Positions 28,129-37,416 of a stretch of 54,796 nucleotides of DNA are shown here, one piece after another. The notes below the pieces were generated by a model. That model saw nothing but the letters and a program-made list of their open reading frames with translations. It had not been told where the DNA came from and ran no database searches. How positions within the stretch are numbered: position 1 is the stretch's first letter; each line of letters starts with the position of its first letter. The stretch is from a virus (taxonomy: Duplodnaviria; Caudoviricetes): positions 1 through 54,796 of the IMG/VR virus record IMGVR_UViG_3300044820_000106. One strand, given 5' to 3'. The translations under genes and the position numbers were made by a program.

Positions 28129-28830
28129 ATGGGCGTAATGAAAGACTTGCTGGGCACCGTCTTCGCCAAGTTTCAGGTTGGCATCGGCGGCCCGCAGATC
28201 AAGAACAGCACCGGCACGCTCGAAGTCCGCAATGCGGCCGACTCGGCGTACGCGGCGCTGCGCGCGTCCGGCATCCTCGTTGCCGGCGACAGCATCATCC
28301 TGAACGAGCAATCGACCGGATCCGGCGCGAGCTGGAAGATGACGGTCTCGCGCCCGTCAACCGGCATGACGCACGATCTCACGATCATCTGGCCGTCGGC
28401 CGACCCGTCGGTCGGACAGGCGCTCACGGTCGCGAGCTTCGCGTCGAACATCGTCACGCTGCAGTGGTCGTCGGTCACGGCCGGCGCGCAGCTGATGAGC
28501 GTCGACACGACCTCTCTCGCGTTCGGTACGGCCTCGCCCATCGCGATGTACACCGCGCCCGCGAACGCGGTCGAGTACATGTTCGAGATCATCATCGATA
28601 CCCCGTTCTCGGGCGGCACACCGACGCTGTCGATCGGCATCACCGGCACGACGTCGAAATACGTGTCGACCGGACAGGTCGATCTCACCGCCGCGGCCGG
28701 CACCATCTTCCAAGTCGAGCCGGGCGTCATCCCGCCGGGCACGACCGAGAACGTGATCGCCACGTACTCTGCCGGCGGCGCGACCGCTGGCGCTGCGCGC
28801 ATCCTCGGTTACTACTCGGTCCCGAGCTAA
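28129..28830 (+). CDS. Fiber/spike-like structural protein
   Basis: Ser/Thr/Gly-rich; GGAG RBS. Confidence 0.7.
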   Translation: MGVMKDLLGTVFAKFQVGIGGPQIKNSTGTLEVRNAADSAYAALRASGILVAGDSIILNEQSTGSGASWKMTVSRPSTGMTHDLTIIWPSADPSVGQALTVASFASNIVTLQWSSVTAGAQLMSVDTTSLAFGTASPIAMYTAPANAVEYMFEIIIDTPFSGGTPTLSIGITGTTSKYVSTGQVDLTAAAGTIFQVEPGVIPPGTTENVIATYSAGGATAGAARILGYYSVPS

Positions 28831-28833
28831 TCG

Positions 28834-30168
28834 ATGTCGAAAGTCATCTCCGATCTGGTCGCGACGCTCGCGAATTTCTCCGCGCCGAACCTGTCGTTCA
28901 AAACGGCAGCGCTCGGCGGGAAGGGAACGACGTGCTCGCTCAACTTTTCGGCAGCTGGCTTTCAAACGTTCACGCTGACGAGCCCGCTCACGTGCGTGGT
29001 CTCCTTCACCGGCAGCCCGCCGAACAATTCGTTTTGCGGGTTCCGCGTCACGTGGCCCGCGTCCGGCTCGGCGTCGGTGACGCTGCCGGCCATGATCGGC
29101 GCAAACCCGGCCATCACGGTGAACCAGCCGGCGACGTCGACAACGCGCGATTTCGTGATGTGGTTCAGCAACGGCGTGTTCACGCTGCTGCCGACCCCGG
29201 CGGCGTTCGACAACGCGCTCAGCTTGTACGGCATTCTCTATGCCTACAAGGACATCAGCATGTACGGCAACCTGCTGATGACGAACGGATCGAATCAGTA
29301 TCAGGCGCTGAACGGATTGGCCGCCGGAACGCTGCCGACGACGCCGGGTGGATCGGTGTCGAACCTGTTCGCGTCGCTGCTCGCGAACCGTGGCTTCGAC
29401 ACGGTGCAGAACGCGACCGGCCAGCCGAGCTTCGCCCAATCGTTCCTCGGTCGCGCGCGCGTGCGCCGTCTGCGCTATCCGAACAACTCGGTAACGCCGA
29501 CGCTCGACGGCGCGATCAACTTCAATCTCACCAACGGCCTCGCCGCTACCGCGGTCAGCACGGGCAACGGCGTGTTCGGCCGCGCGCTTCGCGCATCGCT
29601 GTCGACGACGGCCACGGCCGGCTCGCTCGCGTACGCGGCATACAACACCTCGGGCGACATCACGGTTTCGCCGAACAGTGGTGGGCAGGGTGGCTTCTTC
29701 TTCGTCACGCACTTCGGTCCTGCGGACGCGAACGCGTCGCAGCGCAAGTTTGCCGGGCTGTCAAGTTCGACCGCGACGCCGACCAACGTCGATCCCGCGG
29801 CCGGGTTGAACCAGATCGGCTGTGCCGAAGTTGCCGCCAGCAACAACGTCAACATCGTGTACGGCGGCTCAACCGCGCAGACCGCGATCGACCTTGGTAG
29901 CAGCTTTCCGATCAACACCGCGAACACGGACTGGTACGAGCTTGCACTCTTCGCGCCGACGAACTCGAGCAACACCGTCTACTACCAAGTCACGCGACTT
30001 AACAGCCTCGGCACGACGCCAGCGACCGGCACGCTCACCGGCACTGCCGGCGTCGCGCTGCCGGCGTCGACGACGTTCCTCGCGCCGCGCTACTGGATCA
30101 CGAACAACGCCACGGCCGCGATCAGCGCCATGGGCGTCGGCGATTACTACTACGAGACCGATCTCTGA
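28834..30168 (+). CDS. Tail fiber / receptor-binding protein candidate
   Basis: 444 aa, Thr/Ser/Asn-rich beta-type sequence. Confidence 0.7.
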   Translation: MSKVISDLVATLANFSAPNLSFKTAALGGKGTTCSLNFSAAGFQTFTLTSPLTCVVSFTGSPPNNSFCGFRVTWPASGSASVTLPAMIGANPAITVNQPATSTTRDFVMWFSNGVFTLLPTPAAFDNALSLYGILYAYKDISMYGNLLMTNGSNQYQALNGLAAGTLPTTPGGSVSNLFASLLANRGFDTVQNATGQPSFAQSFLGRARVRRLRYPNNSVTPTLDGAINFNLTNGLAATAVSTGNGVFGRALRASLSTTATAGSLAYAAYNTSGDITVSPNSGGQGGFFFVTHFGPADANASQRKFAGLSSSTATPTNVDPAAGLNQIGCAEVAASNNVNIVYGGSTAQTAIDLGSSFPINTANTDWYELALFAPTNSSNTVYYQVTRLNSLGTTPATGTLTGTAGVALPASTTFLAPRYWITNNATAAISAMGVGDYYYETDL

Positions 30169-31484
30169 TGGCCATCGACGACAAGCAGCTGATCAAGATC
30201 GGCCCATGGTCGGCCGGCATCAATAACCTCGCGAGCGAGAATTCGGTGCCGGAAGACGCGATCCGCGCCGGGCTCAACATCGACATCGACAACGCGGGAC
30301 AGCCGTCGACGCGCGCAGGTTACGTGCAGCGCATCGCCGGCACGCGCTGTCACTCCGGCTGGCACGACGGCAAGTTCCCGTTCGCGCTGTTCGTGCGCAA
30401 CGGCACGCTGACCGCGATGCAGTCCGACCTCACGACGTTCAACCTCGTGACCGGGCTCAACCCGCTGTTCGAGCTGTCGTACGTGCTGATGAACGACCGC
30501 GCGTACTACGCGAGCCTGCGCCGGAACGGCGTGGTGACGTCCGGCGGCGCGGCGCTGGAATGGGGCGTCGAGACGCCGCACGGCGCGCCAGCGCTCACCT
30601 ACGCGGCCGGCGGGGCATTCCCGGCGGGAACGATCCAAGTCGCGGTCACGTTCTTCAACGCGTCCGGCGAAGAGTCCGGTGCGTTCATGGGCGCGCCGAT
30701 CACGGTGCCGAATAACTCGCGCGTGCTCGTCTCGAGCATCCCGCAGCCGACGTCGGCCGAAGTGGTGCGCGTGCGCATCTACCGCACCGAGCCCGACGAC
30801 GCGGTCTTCCGTATGGCGGTCGATCTGCCGGTCGGCATGACGACGACGACGCTCAACCCGGGCATCCTCGGCCGCCCGCTCGACACGATGTTCCTCGAAC
30901 GCGTGCCGTGCGCGTACCGCCTGACGACGCTCAACGGACGCATCTACTTCGGCTATGAGCAAGTGCCCGGTGTGCACGCAGTGGGCTGGACCGAGGCGAT
31001 CCGCTACGGCCTGTGGAAACCGTCCGAGAACTACATCGGCTTCAACGCATCGATCGACATGATCGCGGGCGTCGGCGACGGCACGGACGGCGCCGGCATG
31101 TACGTCGGCGCGGGCGAGCGCACCTACTACCTCGACGGTGCGGATCCGAAAGACTTCAAGCAGAAGATCATCTACCCGTTCGGCGTGATCCCCGGGACGA
31201 TGGTCCGCGTCGCGGGCTCGATCCTCGGCATCGAGACGACGGCAACGGTGGCCTACTGGATCGCGCGCAACGGTTTCGCGTGCATCGGCCTACCGAGCGG
31301 ACAGATGGTCGTCATCCGCGAGAACGAAGCGCAGGCGCCGATCGCCATGAAGGGCGCATCGATCCTGCGTCAGCTCGACGGCGCGCGCCACATCCTCACC
31401 TCGCTCTCGCAGCAGACCGGCGGCGGCATGCGCGTCGCCGATCGCGCGAGTGCAAAAGTATACCGAAACGGAGTGGAAGTATGA
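30168..31484 (+). CDS. Tail structural protein (nozzle-like candidate)
   Basis: GINN...NIDIDNAG...RAGY N-terminus; 438 aa. Confidence 0.65.
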   Translation: MAIDDKQLIKIGPWSAGINNLASENSVPEDAIRAGLNIDIDNAGQPSTRAGYVQRIAGTRCHSGWHDGKFPFALFVRNGTLTAMQSDLTTFNLVTGLNPLFELSYVLMNDRAYYASLRRNGVVTSGGAALEWGVETPHGAPALTYAAGGAFPAGTIQVAVTFFNASGEESGAFMGAPITVPNNSRVLVSSIPQPTSAEVVRVRIYRTEPDDAVFRMAVDLPVGMTTTTLNPGILGRPLDTMFLERVPCAYRLTTLNGRIYFGYEQVPGVHAVGWTEAIRYGLWKPSENYIGFNASIDMIAGVGDGTDGAGMYVGAGERTYYLDGADPKDFKQKIIYPFGVIPGTMVRVAGSILGIETTATVAYWIARNGFACIGLPSGQMVVIRENEAQAPIAMKGASILRQLDGARHILTSLSQQTGGGMRVADRASAKVYRNGVEV

Positions 31485-31651
31485 CCCCGATGCTTGCCAC
31501 GGCAGAAGAAAAACAACGACGTCTGACGATCTGTTCCGAGTGCCCGTTTCGTGAGAAGCGGCTTCACTTCGACATGTGCAACAAGTGCGGCTGCGTCCTT
31601 GCAGCGAAAACGAGTCTTCAGGGCGCATCGTGCCCGCTCAATAAATGGTGA
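31481..31651 (+). CDS. Small Cys-rich protein (DUF6171-like)
   Basis: RRLTICSECP...CNKCGCVLAAK...SCPLNKW. Confidence 0.75.
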   Translation: MTPMLATAEEKQRRLTICSECPFREKRLHFDMCNKCGCVLAAKTSLQGASCPLNKW

Positions 31652-31665
31652 ACTGGAGTATACAA

Positions 31666-32262
31666 ATGAACATTGGCATCAAAGAACTGCTGCAGCACCG
31701 TGCCGAGCTGGGTCGTGCGCTGCGTAACTTCCACTTCGAGCACACCGACGACGGCCGCATCCTGCTCGCGCAGCAGGGCCTCTTCATCGGCGGCGCGTTC
31801 ACGCACACGCTCAACGGCGCAGACAAGCGCGTCGATCCGAACCTGTATGTGAACGAAGGCCTGATGGACGTGCTCGCCGTCTACTTCACCGCGGCGACCG
31901 CGCCGACTGGCTTCAGCGTCGCGACGTTCATCAACAACGTCGCGCCGGTTGCCACGCTGACCGCGGCCACGTTCACGGGCACGATGGGCGAGTTCACGAA
32001 CTACACGCAGTCGACGCGTCCGGCGTGGACGCCCGGCGCACCGTCGGCACAGACGATCGGCAACAGCGCGAGCGTCGCCAACTTCACGATCAACACGGGC
32101 GGCGGTTCGGTATGGGGTGCGGCACTCATCGTCGGCGCCAACGCGAAGTCGGCCACGTCCGGCAAGCTCGCCGCGTGCACGCAGTTCACCGCGCAGCGCT
32201 CGGGCCTGCTCGCTGGCGACACGCTCGCGATCGAGTACGACATCCTCGCCCAGAGCACCTGA
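31666..32262 (+). CDS. Virion structural protein
   Basis: GGAG RBS; NLYVNEGL, GDTLAIEY. Confidence 0.7.
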   Translation: MNIGIKELLQHRAELGRALRNFHFEHTDDGRILLAQQGLFIGGAFTHTLNGADKRVDPNLYVNEGLMDVLAVYFTAATAPTGFSVATFINNVAPVATLTAATFTGTMGEFTNYTQSTRPAWTPGAPSAQTIGNSASVANFTINTGGGSVWGAALIVGANAKSATSGKLAACTQFTAQRSGLLAGDTLAIEYDILAQST

Positions 32263-35261
32263 TGACGGCAAAGTACACCGGGGTCGCGCGCATCCGTGGG
32301 TTCGACGGAAGTGCGTCTGCGGTCGCACAGTTCGAGGGGCGCAAGCTCCTCGCACTCGTGATGCACGACGTCATGCGCGGCCTGAGCCACGTGGTGCGCA
32401 CGCAAGTGCTGCCGGGTGGTGGTGTATTGCGCGCGTCGTTCGACGGCACGATGCCGATCCTCGAGTACACGCCGCCGCCCGCGCCGCCGGGCAAGGGCAT
32501 CGAACAGCCGGGCAACATATGGGTGCCGCGCGGATTCGTCGTCTGGCCGGCGACCGACTCGGCGAAGTTCGGCTGGGGCTTTCCGATCGTATCGAACGGC
32601 AAGGGCGCCTACGACATCGGCAACCTCGCGCCCGGGCTCGACGTAACCCGGTGGACCGCCGCGGGCCCGCTGCAGGACGTGCTGATCACCGCGGTGCCGA
32701 ATGCCGGCTACCCGAGCGTCAACGCGCCGATCTCGCCGATGATGTTCGTCAATAACCCGGTCATCAACCGCCTGCCGATCCCGCGTAAAGACGGGCAGCG
32801 GCCTGATGAGGTGGCCGACCAGTACAAGGCCGAATACAAAGCATACCGGCCCGAGGTGTTCGCGTTCACCGACTCGACCAACAACAGCACCGGGCAGCGC
32901 CGCATCGGGTTCGAACTGCTCAACAAGCACCGCACGGACATGGCGCTCGATGCGATCAACCTGCCGCTGCGCGGGTTTTATCCGATCGCGCAGGCCTACG
33001 TGAACATGTGCAACGCGACCGGCGCGTACGGTCACTACAACCCGCGCTTCTACAGCAACTACTACACGCCCGGCGACCGCATTTGCCACGACGGCGTGCC
33101 GGATCTGCAGGGCGTCACCAGCGCGAACGACCGCAACTTTTACGGCTACACCAACGAGAACCTGCTCGTCACCGCCACCGAGTTCGATCCGCTCGGCACC
33201 GACCCAGTCGGCGAAGACTACGGTCTCGTCACGGGTGTCACGACGACGTCTCCCGGTGACGCGTTCGCGGGCTGGCTCGCGTCGACGCCACACCGCGCGA
33301 CGATCGAGAACACCGTGTGGAACGGTCACTCGTCGTTCGCCGACATCGGCGTCAACAACTTCTGGGCGCAGGACTTCCAGCGGCGCAACCAGTGGCTTGG
33401 CTGCGGCAACGCGTACTGGATCTCGCGGTACACGGAAATTCCGCCGCTGTCGTGGCACGCGCCGCCGACGCGCAACCTGTCGTACGAGATGTGGCCGCTC
33501 AATCTCGACACGACCGGCGTGAGCGCCGATCGCGTCGTGTCGTGGCCGTATCCGGCTGGCACGAGTTTCGAGGACAACATCCTCTGGACCGACCCGCACA
33601 CGATCTCCGACATCGCCGCGATCTTGATCACGGCCGAGGCGCCGCTGACCGACATCAACGGCGTCTTCTGGCGCGCGACACGCAACACGAACACGACCAG
33701 TCAAGACTACGAATACGCGCAGCCGTTCCTCACCAGCTCGATCTTCATGCGCGGCCGCTGCATCGGTGTCGCGCCGAACGGCGCGCTGGTGCTCGGCGCC
33801 GGCATCCAGAAGATCGTCGGCAACCTCACGACGACCAAGACGAAGTACCGGCTGCAGATCATCGTGCACGACCCGGCCGACAACGCGGGCGACGTGATCG
33901 CGAACGGCGGCATGGCCGTGGCGCACGTCTACCACGTCGATCTGGATGACGTTCGCGGGTTCGCGTGCCACTCTGAGAACGTGATCAAGGGCGTGCGCGG
34001 GCATCCGCCGACCACGTGGCCGTGGACGAATGCCGACGACCCGTGGGCATGGGTCGACGATGGCATGATCGCCGTCAACCGCACGCCGTCCGCTGGCGCG
34101 AACGATCTGCTTCGCTACGCTAGCCTGTGGCGCTTCAACGACCTCGGCACCGAAGCGGTGTGCCTGCGCGAGAAGGCGACGCTGGTCGACATCAAGCGCC
34201 GGCTCTACAAGTGGGGCCTGAGCGCGACGATCACAGCGTCGACGGTCAGCACGCGCACGTTCACGTACGATTCGACGCCGGTCAACCTGTTCGCGTCGAT
34301 CGGGCCGACGGTCGCGCTCACGCTGTCGTACGGCACCAGTGGCGCGCCGACGCTGGCGATCAGCGACCCGCCGCCGCTCGCGACGCTCACGCAAATTGCT
34401 AGCGGCTCGTTCGCGGCGCCAGAAGGCCTCGAGGGCGATCAGTATCTGGGCGGCGCGGCGATTGCCGCCGACTACGACGGCACGACGCAGAAGTTCATCT
34501 GGCGCGCGACGGCCGCGATCAACTCATCGGTGTTCTACGACCACACCGACGGGCGCACGCCGATCAGTACGTTTCTGGCCAAGGGCAACTACAACGTCAG
34601 CACGTTCGCCGGGTTCGACTCGACCGCGTTCGTGCAGGACTTCGCGTCGACGTGGAACCGATCGATCCTGTTCGGCGTTGTCGACGTCACCGACTTCGTG
34701 TTCGCACAGGTCACGTATGACCTGTACGAGTACGCGCCGTGGGGCACGCTGCCGAACTACAACAACAACGGCAACTGCTGGACTGGCAGGTTCGCGGTCG
34801 AGTCGTGGCGTGATGGCGCCATACTCAACAAGAGCGTGTATACAAATAACAATTTTATCTTCGACTCGTTGCCGACGTGCGTGCCGTCGACGCTAGACTC
34901 CGCGGTCGGCTTCATCGGTTTCGCGCAGTGCATGAGCGCGATCGTGCAGCCCGGTTACGCCAAGCAGCGCAACGGCGACTGGGTGTTTTCGTACAACGTC
35001 TCGCCGCAGCCCGACACGCTGCAGTACACGGGCGGCGCCGCGCTGTGCGCGCCGGGCGTGCCGAACCCGTGCTGGCCGAGCCAAGGCCAGATCTACGGCA
35101 ACGCGGCATTCCCAACTGGCAACACGCGACGCACCGTGAACACCGACGTCTCACCGATCGGCGGCTGGATGACGTCGTCGTTCGCAGATCAAGACGGGCT
35201 CGCAACGATGATGAAGGTCGCCGGCAACAACCCGCGTCTGCTGACGGTGAGGATCGTATGA
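32262..35261 (+). CDS. Large tail protein containing a CAP/SCP-like domain
   Basis: LLNKHR...AQAYVNMC...GH...ENL...AFAGWLASTPHRATI...IGV...WAQDF at about 32900-33380. Confidence 0.72.
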   Translation: MTAKYTGVARIRGFDGSASAVAQFEGRKLLALVMHDVMRGLSHVVRTQVLPGGGVLRASFDGTMPILEYTPPPAPPGKGIEQPGNIWVPRGFVVWPATDSAKFGWGFPIVSNGKGAYDIGNLAPGLDVTRWTAAGPLQDVLITAVPNAGYPSVNAPISPMMFVNNPVINRLPIPRKDGQRPDEVADQYKAEYKAYRPEVFAFTDSTNNSTGQRRIGFELLNKHRTDMALDAINLPLRGFYPIAQAYVNMCNATGAYGHYNPRFYSNYYTPGDRICHDGVPDLQGVTSANDRNFYGYTNENLLVTATEFDPLGTDPVGEDYGLVTGVTTTSPGDAFAGWLASTPHRATIENTVWNGHSSFADIGVNNFWAQDFQRRNQWLGCGNAYWISRYTEIPPLSWHAPPTRNLSYEMWPLNLDTTGVSADRVVSWPYPAGTSFEDNILWTDPHTISDIAAILITAEAPLTDINGVFWRATRNTNTTSQDYEYAQPFLTSSIFMRGRCIGVAPNGALVLGAGIQKIVGNLTTTKTKYRLQIIVHDPADNAGDVIANGGMAVAHVYHVDLDDVRGFACHSENVIKGVRGHPPTTWPWTNADDPWAWVDDGMIAVNRTPSAGANDLLRYASLWRFNDLGTEAVCLREKATLVDIKRRLYKWGLSATITASTVSTRTFTYDSTPVNLFASIGPTVALTLSYGTSGAPTLAISDPPPLATLTQIASGSFAAPEGLEGDQYLGGAAIAADYDGTTQKFIWRATAAINSSVFYDHTDGRTPISTFLAKGNYNVSTFAGFDSTAFVQDFASTWNRSILFGVVDVTDFVFAQVTYDLYEYAPWGTLPNYNNNGNCWTGRFAVESWRDGAILNKSVYTNNNFIFDSLPTCVPSTLDSAVGFIGFAQCMSAIVQPGYAKQRNGDWVFSYNVSPQPDTLQYTGGAALCAPGVPNPCWPSQGQIYGNAAFPTGNTRRTVNTDVSPIGGWMTSSFADQDGLATMMKVAGNNPRLLTVRIV

Positions 35262-35725
35262 GCGAGATCGATGTCACGAGCAACACCTACTGGACGATCG
35301 GCACGGGCGGCAACGGCTCGTACACGGCCGGCGTTGGCTGGACCGCTTCGCTCAACACCTACTACAAGCTCGACCTCAAGCCGACGGCCACGCTGCTCGC
35401 TGCGCTGGCCGCTGTCGGCGCGACGCACGTCAAGCTGTACATCTCGTTTCCGACAGGCCTGTCTGGCTTTTGTGGCGGCACAGCGATCCTGCTTGGCCCT
35501 TCCGGAAATTTGAACGGCGGCGCCGCGTGCACGAACCCGACGACGTATACCACCGCGGCCGCCGACTCCACCGACCCGTCTTCTGGCGTCACCGTTGAGT
35601 ATCACACCGAGGACGGTTTCGGTTGCCGAACGAACGGCACCTTCATCGTCTACGCCATCACGTACACGGTCGGCGGCGGCAGCGGCGGATTCTGGACCGA
35701 CCTCATTGGAACTGCCGACACATGA
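35258..35725 (+). CDS. Virion structural protein
   Basis: ATGA-coupled; Thr/Gly-rich. Confidence 0.6.
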   Translation: MSEIDVTSNTYWTIGTGGNGSYTAGVGWTASLNTYYKLDLKPTATLLAALAAVGATHVKLYISFPTGLSGFCGGTAILLGPSGNLNGGAACTNPTTYTTAAADSTDPSSGVTVEYHTEDGFGCRTNGTFIVYAITYTVGGGSGGFWTDLIGTADT

Positions 35726-36192
35726 CCACTCAAGTTTCCACCGGCTACAAGACGATCGACATGCTCACGTGGATCGCTGCGTTCACGGGCGGCCACATTC
35801 GTGTCTTCCAAGGCGCGCAGCCCGCGTCGGCCGACATGTCCGAATCGGGCAGCACGCTCGTCGGCTACATCACGCGCTTCGGTATTCCGTTTGGAATTCC
35901 CGGCTACGCACTGAACTTCTCGCCAGCCGGTCCCGCGGTCGTCAACCCGCCGTTCGACACGTGGGCACTGACGCCGATCGCGAACGGCGAGGCGAACTGG
36001 TATCGGCTGTGCGCGGACCCGAACGACGACGGCTCGACCTCGTACAACTACGTGCGCATGGACGGATTGATCGGCACCGATGCCGACGATCCGAACAGCA
36101 TCGATCTCGTTCTTCCATCCACGACGCTGGCGTTCGGCACTGTCGTGGCGCCGCTGTCGTTCTACTACTCCATCCCGCCAATCGTTCGATAA
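35722..36192 (+). CDS. Tail structural protein (paralog A)
   Basis: IRVFQGAQPASAD, GEANWYRL, RMDG. Confidence 0.7.
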   Translation: MTTQVSTGYKTIDMLTWIAAFTGGHIRVFQGAQPASADMSESGSTLVGYITRFGIPFGIPGYALNFSPAGPAVVNPPFDTWALTPIANGEANWYRLCADPNDDGSTSYNYVRMDGLIGTDADDPNSIDLVLPSTTLAFGTVVAPLSFYYSIPPIVR

Positions 36193-36205
36193 AGGAAATC
36201 TGCAA

Positions 36206-36688
36206 ATGAGCGCTCTGATCATCCCCTCCACCAACCTCGTCACGGCCATGATGACGACGGGCTCGATGAAGAGCCTGCTCGACAACTGCCGATTCAACAT
36301 CTACAGCGGCACCGTGCCGGCGAGCGCCGATGCGGCCAACGCGGGCAACACGCTGCTCGCGGTCATCTGCCTCACCAACGCGACCGCGGCGTACAACTGC
36401 GTGTGGGACACCCCGGCCGTTGCCGGCGTGCTGTCGAAGCCGGCCGCGGCGACGTGGCAGACTCCGACCACGGGCGGCGCGGTTGCAACCGGTGTCGCAT
36501 CCTTCTGGCGCGCGAACCTGACCGGCGACGACAACTCGCTGGCCGCGAGCGGCACGAACTATCGCCTGCAGGGCAGCATCGGCACGAACATCTCGTTCGC
36601 GATGATCCTCGCCAGCACGTCGATCAACTCGGGCGACTCGATCCAGTTCCCGTCGATCTTCCAGATCCGTCTGCCGACCGGCGCGTAA
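36206..36688 (+). CDS. Tail structural protein (paralog B)
   Basis: FNIYSGTVPASAD, GVASFWRA, RLQG. Confidence 0.72.
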   Translation: MSALIIPSTNLVTAMMTTGSMKSLLDNCRFNIYSGTVPASADAANAGNTLLAVICLTNATAAYNCVWDTPAVAGVLSKPAAATWQTPTTGGAVATGVASFWRANLTGDDNSLAASGTNYRLQGSIGTNISFAMILASTSINSGDSIQFPSIFQIRLPTGA

Positions 36689-36691
36689 GCC

Positions 36692-36949
36692 ATGCTCACG
36701 CGTCTCGACCTCGTCACCGTTATCCCGGCGATCGTATCGACCAGCTGCGGCACGCGCACGTCGTGCCCGCCGCCGGCCTCGCCGAACGCGCCGCCGTACG
36801 CGCCGAATACGGATGCGCCGATGAACTGGCGCAACACGCAGGACAAGACGCAGGTGGGCGGCGACGCGACGGCCATTGCGTGCGGCGCCGTGACGTGCAA
36901 CGGCTTCGTTTCTGACGTCAACCCGATTCAACCTTGCTGCGGTGGATAA
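36692..36949 (+). CDS. Small Cys/Pro-rich protein
   Basis: 85-aa ORF in operon. Confidence 0.6.
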   Translation: MLTRLDLVTVIPAIVSTSCGTRTSCPPPASPNAPPYAPNTDAPMNWRNTQDKTQVGGDATAIACGAVTCNGFVSDVNPIQPCCGG

Positions 36950-37416
36950 TGACTACGACGTGCGTTACCGAGCCGAACGGGTGCGTGGTCTGCGAGATCT
37001 GCACCGAGGTCATCATCAAGCCCGGCTACATCGATCGCGGGATCGGTGCTGGCTGGGGCGCTGGCGGTAACAGCGCGTTCGCGCTAGACGGGAACCTCAG
37101 CCTCAACAACATCAAGCCGAACGCGCACTGCTCTGGCGTGGTCGTCGGCCTGCGCACGCAGCGCGATGTCAACTACGATCCGGCGCTCATCGAGCACGGA
37201 TTTTTTTTCACGAAAGGCGGCGGGTCTGTGGTCGAATCGGGCGAGACGCCGATCGGCTTCGGCTACGGATCGACCGACACGTTCGAAATTCGCAGGACGA
37301 ATGGCACCGTCTCGTACTTCCAGAACACCACGCTCATTTATACCTCGTCGGTGCCCAGCCTTGGCGTGAAGATCGCAACGGCGTGCTTGTACGTGACCGG
37401 TGACGAAGTCCAATGA
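36949..37416 (+). CDS. Virion structural protein
   Basis: Coupled ORF; GWGAGGNS, FEIRRTNGTVSYF. Confidence 0.65.
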   Translation: MTTTCVTEPNGCVVCEICTEVIIKPGYIDRGIGAGWGAGGNSAFALDGNLSLNNIKPNAHCSGVVVGLRTQRDVNYDPALIEHGFFFTKGGGSVVESGETPIGFGYGSTDTFEIRRTNGTVSYFQNTTLIYTSSVPSLGVKIATACLYVTGDEVQ

